Source: an uncultured Caldisericota bacterium
GTDB taxonomy: Bacteria; Caldisericota; Caldisericia; B22-G15
DNA length: 39,526 bases
Assembly: GCA_964575745.1 (NCBI GenBank)
Contig: CAZNRO010000002.1
Coordinates: 1-39,526 of the forward strand
Reading direction: 5' to 3'
Part shown: positions 34,487-39,526 of the stretch, one piece after another
Layout of the letters: each line of letters opens with the position of its first letter
Numbering within the stretch: position 1 is the stretch's first letter
Notes under the pieces: model-generated
Told to the model about the DNA's origin: nothing
Database searches by the model: none
Seen by the model: only the letters and a program-made list of their open reading frames with translations
Program-made: the position numbers and the translations under genes

Positions 34487-36268
34487 TTATCCCATTCCTC
34501 CACCAGAGCCACCACCTCCACCGCCCCCGCCACTTGAGAATCCTCCTCCTCCACCTGATCCTGAACTGACTTTACTTGAAGCAGTTTTTGTAACATAGTG
34601 ACTCAAAGATGAAAGGCTTCTATCAAAACTATTTAGAGATTTAGCAAAAGGCACATCTTGATTTAATGCCATGGCAGTTAAAAATGTTCCATTCTCAACA
34701 TCCTCCAGTTGAGGAAGAAGAATTTTTATAGCTTTAATAACCTTTTTGGCTACACCAAGAACTGTTGCATAAACAAGATATTTTTCCCATAAAACTATTG
34801 ATTTTGGTCCATATTCTTTTAAATTTGAGAAATCTTTTAAGAATCTTTTAAAACTAATCCATTTATCAAACTCTTCTTTTCCTTTGATAGATCTCCTTCT
34901 CAAAGCAAACAACCCACCTACAAAATATAAAGGGATGGCAAGAAGCCACAGCATAAAAAGGGGTGTTAGAAGTATACTTAATAGTATGGATGCTACACCA
35001 ATGAGCACACCGAAAGCTAACATATTGTTGGAGACTTTTTCGCTCTTTTTATCATAGAAGCTATACTTATCAGCTTCTTCCTTTATACTATCTTTGAAAT
35101 CCATCATAACATTGTAGTAATGGTTTTTTCTCTTTTTAAATTTTTTCTTAAGTGAAGACATTAAAATTTCATTTTTATCGTCAAATAAAATATCATTAAG
35201 AAGTATCTCTTCAAATTTACTTGTAGGTTTATCTTTGTCTTTATATTTCAATAGATAATCTCTTCTTCTTCCGTTTTTTACTTCCTCAATTTCAATAATT
35301 TTCCTGTGAATTAAATCCATGATGGTTGCTTTTATAAAATTCTTGTTAAAACCACCAAAAGAAAGGAGAGAACCCACAACTGCAGGTGGAATATCAGAGG
35401 GGGGCTCTCTATAGTAGATATAGTTCTTGGGAAGTTTGTATTCTTTACCATATTTAAAATATAGATAGAAGAATAAGACAATTAATAACACCAGCCCTAT
35501 CAAGGAGAGACATAAAGATATCCTGTTTTTTAATCGGACAAGATTCGCTTTCTTTGCCCACGCCTCTTCTTCTTTCAAAACCTTATCTTTAATGTCCTCA
35601 TCTATTACATTCACTCCAATGAAATAATTTGATGGAATAAGAATTCTTGCTTCTACAAATGTATTTGGTGGAACCTCATCAACAGTTAATATAACTGTTT
35701 TATCATTAGCTTTTTTGATTTCTCCCCACAGCGGTCCATGAGCCCAAACAAGATATTCATCTTTTGGTATAGGAGTTAGAAAATTTATTTTTGCTTCAAA
35801 ATGTCCTATCTCTTTATCCCATCCTGTTCCCTGGAGTTTCCAATAAAACTCTCCATAATCTCTATAAACTTTAATCACCCCTTTTAATTTATACTTAAAT
35901 GTAAAAGTTTTTTCTTCATCTGTTGCATTATAGAAAAAGTGGATTCTATACTTATCCCCCATATCTTCTATATAATAACTGCCTTCTTCTTTATTTTCAG
36001 CGTAAAAATAAGGTTTCCCATTCTCATATACAAAAAACTCTTCAATGGATTCATATCCCTTTTTGGATAAATCATAATAACCGAAGGTGAAATTTCCATT
36101 GAATGAGAAAGTTCTATCCTCATCAAATACTACTGAACCGTCCTTGTTTATAACTACATTCATGGAAACTGATGGAATTGAATAATCTTTCGCCATCACA
36201 TATTTAGTTTGTATAGAAAGAATCATTAATAGAAAAAATAAAAACAGTAATACAAATTTTTTCTTCAA
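34487..36268 (-). CDS. DUF2207-family membrane protein (extracytoplasmic N-terminal domain, TM segments, Gly-rich C-terminal tail)
   Basis: Signal/anchor, then an N-terminal domain with ..Y.I.S..M.V.I..DGS..V.E...F.F.G.F. TM helices lie around aa 250-270 and 415-455. The tail is GSGGGGGFSSGGGGGGGGSGGGMG. Confidence 0.6.
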   Translation of the reverse strand: MKKKFVLLFLFFLLMILSIQTKYVMAKDYSIPSVSMNVVINKDGSVVFDEDRTFSFNGNFTFGYYDLSKKGYESIEEFFVYENGKPYFYAENKEEGSYYIEDMGDKYRIHFFYNATDEEKTFTFKYKLKGVIKVYRDYGEFYWKLQGTGWDKEIGHFEAKINFLTPIPKDEYLVWAHGPLWGEIKKANDKTVILTVDEVPPNTFVEARILIPSNYFIGVNVIDEDIKDKVLKEEEAWAKKANLVRLKNRISLCLSLIGLVLLIVLFFYLYFKYGKEYKLPKNYIYYREPPSDIPPAVVGSLLSFGGFNKNFIKATIMDLIHRKIIEIEEVKNGRRRDYLLKYKDKDKPTSKFEEILLNDILFDDKNEILMSSLKKKFKKRKNHYYNVMMDFKDSIKEEADKYSFYDKKSEKVSNNMLAFGVLIGVASILLSILLTPLFMLWLLAIPLYFVGGLFALRRRSIKGKEEFDKWISFKRFLKDFSNLKEYGPKSIVLWEKYLVYATVLGVAKKVIKAIKILLPQLEDVENGTFLTAMALNQDVPFAKSLNSFDRSLSSLSHYVTKTASSKVSSGSGGGGGFSSGGGGGGGGSGGGMG

Positions 36269-36294
36269 GATTACCTCCTTTTAGTAATTGTATA

Positions 36295-37227
36295 TTAAAG
36301 TTTGTTTTTTGAAAATATTCTTAACATAATTCTTAAAGAGATAAGCATTGTAGGCCAGGGAATTTGGGATAGTGCAACAATAAGAGCAGTTTCTGGATTT
36401 AAATATTTGGATGCTACAACAAGGGCAAGTGCTATGTTTGAGAATGTTTTTGCATTGGAAACTGCTATTCTTTGTTTTAAATCTAAAAAATAAGCGGTTG
36501 TGAAACTAAAGTATTGTGAAAAGATGAAGGTTATATATAGAATTAAGAGGTAAATTAAAACCTCATAAGGATTTCTCTTAAGGTAGGTTGAGTTTACAGC
36601 CATTATAGCTGCTATTACAAAGACAAGGGGAACTACTGTAAAAAACTTAACATTCCTTTTTAGAAAATTGACTTTTTCTTTAAATAGAATATTAGATACA
36701 ATTGCGAGAACAAGAGGAATGCCAATCAGTTTAGTTACATCAAGTAAAATTGTGTAGTAGTCTAAATCTATGGATTTTCTAAAGATTACAAAAAACATGA
36801 AAGGAATTAAAATTATTGCTGCAAGGTGAGAGACTATTGTCAGGATTACAGTTAAACCTGTATCACCTCCAGATATGTCAGTCATTGCTGATGCGGCAAC
36901 TCCTGAGGGAACAAGAGCAAGTATAACTACTGCAGAGAGAATAGCATAGTTTTTGGTAAAGAATGAAAATAATAGGTATAAAAGTAGAGGGCTCACTACC
37001 ATGTTTATTACTATGTAGTATAGAATTAAAAAAGGCTTTTTAATATATGTGGTGATGTTTTTAAACTCTACATTAAGGAAAGTTACATAAAGAACAATCA
37101 TTAAAAAATAAGATATGTAAGGCTTAAAAATTCTAAAAATAGGGAAAAGTAGACCAAGAAACAATGAGCCTGTCAGGAATATCCATATATTTTCTCCAAA
37201 CCACTTTAATACCTTATATTTCGTCAT
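36295..37227 (-). CDS. Bile acid:sodium symporter (BASS/SBF-like) family transporter
   Basis: 310 aa with about 9-10 TM helices. The segment LVPSGVAASAMTDISGGDTGLTV resembles the conserved BASS motif P(G)G..S.v.T.la.GD.aLs. Confidence 0.55.
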   Translation of the reverse strand: MTKYKVLKWFGENIWIFLTGSLFLGLLFPIFRIFKPYISYFLMIVLYVTFLNVEFKNITTYIKKPFLILYYIVINMVVSPLLLYLLFSFFTKNYAILSAVVILALVPSGVAASAMTDISGGDTGLTVILTIVSHLAAIILIPFMFFVIFRKSIDLDYYTILLDVTKLIGIPLVLAIVSNILFKEKVNFLKRNVKFFTVVPLVFVIAAIMAVNSTYLKRNPYEVLIYLLILYITFIFSQYFSFTTAYFLDLKQRIAVSNAKTFSNIALALVVASKYLNPETALIVALSQIPWPTMLISLRIMLRIFSKNKL

Positions 37228-37672
37228 TTTCCCCCTGATACCAGTTCATGATTTTTTCGAAAGTTTCTTCCAGATCTCTTAATGCTTCTGATGCAAACTT
37301 CCTGTCGTCGAGGTGTCGTTCTATAAAGTCTATTTTATCTATGATTTCATGAAGACAACAGATTAAATATTCATCAAAAACAATTGGTATAATCTCATTG
37401 GAAATATTTTTTATTTCAGACAAGATTTCCCTTAAGTAGAGAAAAGAAGTATTATGATGCTTCTTTCTTAAATCAAAGTACTCTTCTATTTTATCAATTA
37501 AAGGAAGTACGTTATGAAACTCATCAATTTTTATAAGTTTATCTTCCCCTTTATTTTCTTCTCTTTTTAAGTTTTTAAGAAAGAATATTATAGCTACAAT
37601 AAAAACAATAACTCCAAGTAAAAGCCATGGAGATATCCATAAAAAGTAGTTAATAAAATATCTAAATCTCAT
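37214..37672 (-). CDS. Hypothetical membrane-anchored protein (one N-terminal TM helix, helical cytoplasmic part)
   Basis: The ORF has typical codon usage and overlaps the next gene by 14 nt. I chose ATG 37672 rather than the adjacent TTG 37675. There is no Shine-Dalgarno, and the ATG lies 7 nt after a TGTATAAT box. Confidence 0.45.
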   Translation of the reverse strand: MRFRYFINYFLWISPWLLLGVIVFIVAIIFFLKNLKREENKGEDKLIKIDEFHNVLPLIDKIEEYFDLRKKHHNTSFLYLREILSEIKNISNEIIPIVFDEYLICCLHEIIDKIDFIERHLDDRKFASEALRDLEETFEKIMNWYQGENDEI

Positions 37673-37809
37673 CAAATGAATTATACATTATAGATTAATA
37701 AAAGGCATGCCCTCAACTCATAAACTTTTTATGAAGCTTCCTTTTATTTGTGTCCATTTCAACACAGAAATCCTGAAAAACAACAATTATATATGCTAAA
37801 ATTTGATTT

Positions 37810-38748
37810 GTGAAAGATAGGTTAAATTTTGAAGAGATTTTTAATTATAAAAAAGAATTTAAAGGATTAACTGAGAAAGAGAAAGCATGGATAAACTATA
37901 AGGTTAAAAGAATAAAATTCCTTTCGCCAATTTTATCTGATTATGAAGAGAATAACTGGATTTATGGTGGAGTCTTTTATCCTTTATCTAACTTTAATGG
38001 GAAAGTGATTCTTACTATTCATCCAGTTCACGAGGCAATACCTATTTTTGAAGAGGCTGTTGCATATTACTTTTTGAAACATGGTTATAAAGTTGCTTAC
38101 ATATCTCTCCCATTTCACAGAGAAAGAGCTCCTAAGGGAACAAAGAGTGGAGAATTGTTTTTTTCATTTGAAGAAGAGCATACCTTTTCTGTTATGAGGC
38201 AGAGTGTTATTGATTTGAAGCTATTTATGGATTATCTTCTTGAGAGGGAAGGAGATGAAATTTTTTCTATAGGACTTTCTCTTGGCGCAATTCTTTTAAA
38301 TCTTTTAATGGGAGTGGATGATAGAATTTTAAAGGGTGTGTCTATTATGGGTGGTGGAAATATGATGAGAATTACAATAGAGGGTCTATATGGCTTATCT
38401 GCAAGGATGTATTATAAAAAGCAGGGATTGAATTGGGAAACTTATGAAGAAGAGATCAATAACTTTCTAAACTATGTCAATGAGGTTTGCAAGAGGAAAA
38501 AACTTTTTACCCCTCCTCATAAATGGTATCTTGTGGATCCATTGACATATGCCTGTTTCAACAGACCCAGAAAGGTTATGTTTATAAATGGAATTTTTGA
38601 TAAAGTTATACCCAAAAAAGCAGTTATAGAGCTATGGAAAAAATTAGGTAAACCAAAAATAGTATGGATACCGTCAACACACTATACAATTCCTATTTTC
38701 TTCCCTTATGCAATGAAGTTGAGCATGGAATTTTTTAAAAATAGTTAA
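37810..38748 (+). CDS. Alpha/beta-fold hydrolase
   Basis: Nucleophile elbow GLSLG (G-x-S-x-G) in the expected beta-strand/helix context, with a late Asp (NGIFDKV) and His (PSTHYT). It starts at GTG with an in-frame stop two codons upstream, no Shine-Dalgarno, and a TGcTAAAAT box 7 nt upstream. Confidence 0.6.
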   Translation: MKDRLNFEEIFNYKKEFKGLTEKEKAWINYKVKRIKFLSPILSDYEENNWIYGGVFYPLSNFNGKVILTIHPVHEAIPIFEEAVAYYFLKHGYKVAYISLPFHRERAPKGTKSGELFFSFEEEHTFSVMRQSVIDLKLFMDYLLEREGDEIFSIGLSLGAILLNLLMGVDDRILKGVSIMGGGNMMRITIEGLYGLSARMYYKKQGLNWETYEEEINNFLNYVNEVCKRKKLFTPPHKWYLVDPLTYACFNRPRKVMFINGIFDKVIPKKAVIELWKKLGKPKIVWIPSTHYTIPIFFPYAMKLSMEFFKNS

Positions 38749-38758
38749 GTTATGTTTG

Positions 38759-38828
38759 GGGAGCGGTAAGTCCTGTGGTAAAGGGGTCTGCGGAATGCAG
38801 GAAATAAAGCCCTCACAGGGTCGCTCCC
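38759..38828. other. GC-rich 70-nt imperfect hairpin (candidate small structured RNA or 3'-UTR element); strand undetermined
   Basis: Stem elements: GGGAGCG/CGCTCCC (38759-65 with 38822-28), CCTGTG/CACAGG (38772-77 with 38814-19), GGG/CCC (38783-85 with 38810-12), and CTGC/GCAG (38788-91 with 38797-800), closing a GGAAT loop. I counted about 60% G+C by hand, in a window that is otherwise about one-third G+C by eye. Confidence 0.3.
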
Positions 38829-38834
38829 GCTTAC

Positions 38835-38866
38835 AAAAATGAAAAAGCCCCGCATAAAGCAGGGCT
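38835..38866 (-). terminator. Intrinsic terminator of the SNF2/RHH-like transcription unit
   Basis: Minus-strand RNA AGCCCUGC-UUUAU-GCGGGGCU (8-bp stem including one G-U pair) followed by UUUUCAUUUUU. The same position is a C-A mismatch on the plus strand, which supports minus-strand function. Confidence 0.65.
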
Positions 38867-38930
38867 GGAAGGAGGTAAAAGGATTTCTCCTTTTCCCTCA
38901 TAATATTTATATCATACTATCATGTAATTG

Positions 38931-39137
38931 TCAATCTCCCAGAACAGTTCTTTTCCATTCCTCTGTTAGTTGCTCTATATCTACCCCTTCTCGTATCAAA
39001 TAGTCCTTTATTACTTCTGTGAGGAGTTCATCCGGGAGTTTTCCTTTACTTCTCGCTATTTTTTTAAAAGCCTCCCACAGAGGTCTCGGCAAAGTGTGGG
39101 AAGTTTTTGTTAAAAGTTTTCTCCAATCAAAACTCAT
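38931..39137 (-). CDS. Small (68 aa) possible ribbon-helix-helix-like DNA-binding protein
   Basis: 4-nt ATGA overlap with the upstream SNF2 gene. TSHTLPRPLWEAFKKIARSKG...LLTEVIKDYL has a strand-helix-helix pattern. The assignment is weak. Confidence 0.35.
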   Translation of the reverse strand: MSFDWRKLLTKTSHTLPRPLWEAFKKIARSKGKLPDELLTEVIKDYLIREGVDIEQLTEEWKRTVLGD

Positions 39138-39526
39138 TTCAACACCTCCTTTAAAAATTCTTTTGTAAATTTTTCCTTCCTTTTAATTCTCTCATTTATT
39201 TTTTCCTCTATTGTATCCTTTGCTATTATTCTCACAACCCTCACGGGCTTTGTCTGTCCTAACCTATGAACCCTGTTGAGGGCTTGATATATGCTTGAAT
39301 AAGTCCACCATAAATCCAAAAATATAACCACATTTGCTGTTTGCAGGTTAAGAGACTCGCCACCAGTCCCAATTGTGAGCAGTAAAACCTGCGGGTCTTT
39401 TTCTCTCTTAAATCTCTCCTGTATTCTGTTTCTCTCTCTTAAAGATGTTTCACCAGTTATTAGTTCTGATGTAAAATTCCCCCACAAATATCTATCTCTG
39501 AACAATAGCAGAGGCTTTATCCACTC
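39134..39526 (-). CDS. SNF2-family helicase, C-terminal fragment (5' part lies beyond the window)
   Basis: The reading frame stays open to the window edge (EWIKPLLLFRDRY...). Helicase C-terminal motifs are present: ITGETS..ERNRIQERF, LLLTIGTGGESLNLQTANVVIFLDLWW and QALNRVHRLGQTKPV (motif VI). Confidence 0.75.
   Translation of the reverse strand, partial: EWIKPLLLFRDRYLWGNFTSELITGETSLRERNRIQERFKREKDPQVLLLTIGTGGESLNLQTANVVIFLDLWWTYSSIYQALNRVHRLGQTKPVRVVRIIAKDTIEEKINERIKRKEKFTKEFLKEVLK

Noticed and set aside
34490-34565. A GC-rich run encodes the tail GSGGGGGFSSGGGGGGGGSGGGMG at the end of the DUF2207 gene.
   Set aside because: As I recall, Gly-rich C-terminal tails are a common feature of DUF2207-family proteins. 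This is in-frame coding low complexity, not a separate element.
38759-38828. I considered whether the GC-rich hairpin is a tRNA, an SRP (4.5S) RNA or a group II intron domain V.
   Set aside because: It folds as a single long hairpin, not a cloverleaf. The apical loop is GGAAT closed by CTGC/GCAG, not the GGAA tetraloop with flanking AGCA and symmetric-loop motifs of SRP helix 8. No AGC-triad/GNRA domain V pattern or adjacent intron ORF is present.
38674-38901. A 75-aa minus-strand ORF covers the GC-rich island and the end of the hydrolase gene.
   Set aside because: It overlaps a well-supported CDS, spans a terminator hairpin, has no Shine-Dalgarno and has an odd Cys/Pro/His-rich composition. 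The region is better explained as structured non-coding sequence.

Overview
This is a 39.5-kb AT-rich bacterial chromosomal window. The proteins are K/E/I-rich and nearly every gene has a GGAGG-type Shine-Dalgarno site, which suggests a thermophilic anaerobe; the lineage cannot be assigned from sequence alone. I support 35 protein-coding genes. I found no rRNA, tRNA, CRISPR array, transposase or integrase. Positions 1-12.2 kb are ordinary transport and housekeeping: a Liv/HAAT-type amino-acid ABC importer, an nfo-pfkB pair, a BMP-lipoprotein ABC importer, and a GNAT/thioredoxin-like fusion. A 25-kb run of minus-strand genes follows. (a) A tightly coupled four-gene operon encodes a DUF5320-like Gly/aromatic-rich protein, a NifX-like protein and two ferredoxin-inserted MinD-type ATPases, with no nitrogenase genes nearby. 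This is my best candidate for an uncharacterised system. (b) ortA-ortB-oraS-oraE encodes the D-ornithine aminomutase and 2-amino-4-ketopentanoate thiolase of ornithine fermentation, but ord and orr are absent. (c) A FabL-like reductase. (d) A MacB-type ABC operon (ATPase, a 894-aa protein with seven CARDB-like domains, an FtsX permease, a Yip1-like protein). (e) A 1540-aa secreted C25 (gingipain-like) protease homologue carrying three copies of an unrecognised module. (f) mfd, pth and the L25/Ctc gene. (g) A DUF2207 / BASS / hypothetical membrane-protein trio. The right edge holds an alpha/beta hydrolase, a GC-rich structured intergenic island, a small RHH-like gene and the 3' end of an SNF2-family helicase gene truncated by the window. 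Several near-consensus sigma70-type promoters (TTGACA-N16/17-TATACT or TAAAAT), intrinsic terminators and three candidate leaderless starts can be read directly. All family assignments come from motif recognition by eye; no searches were run.
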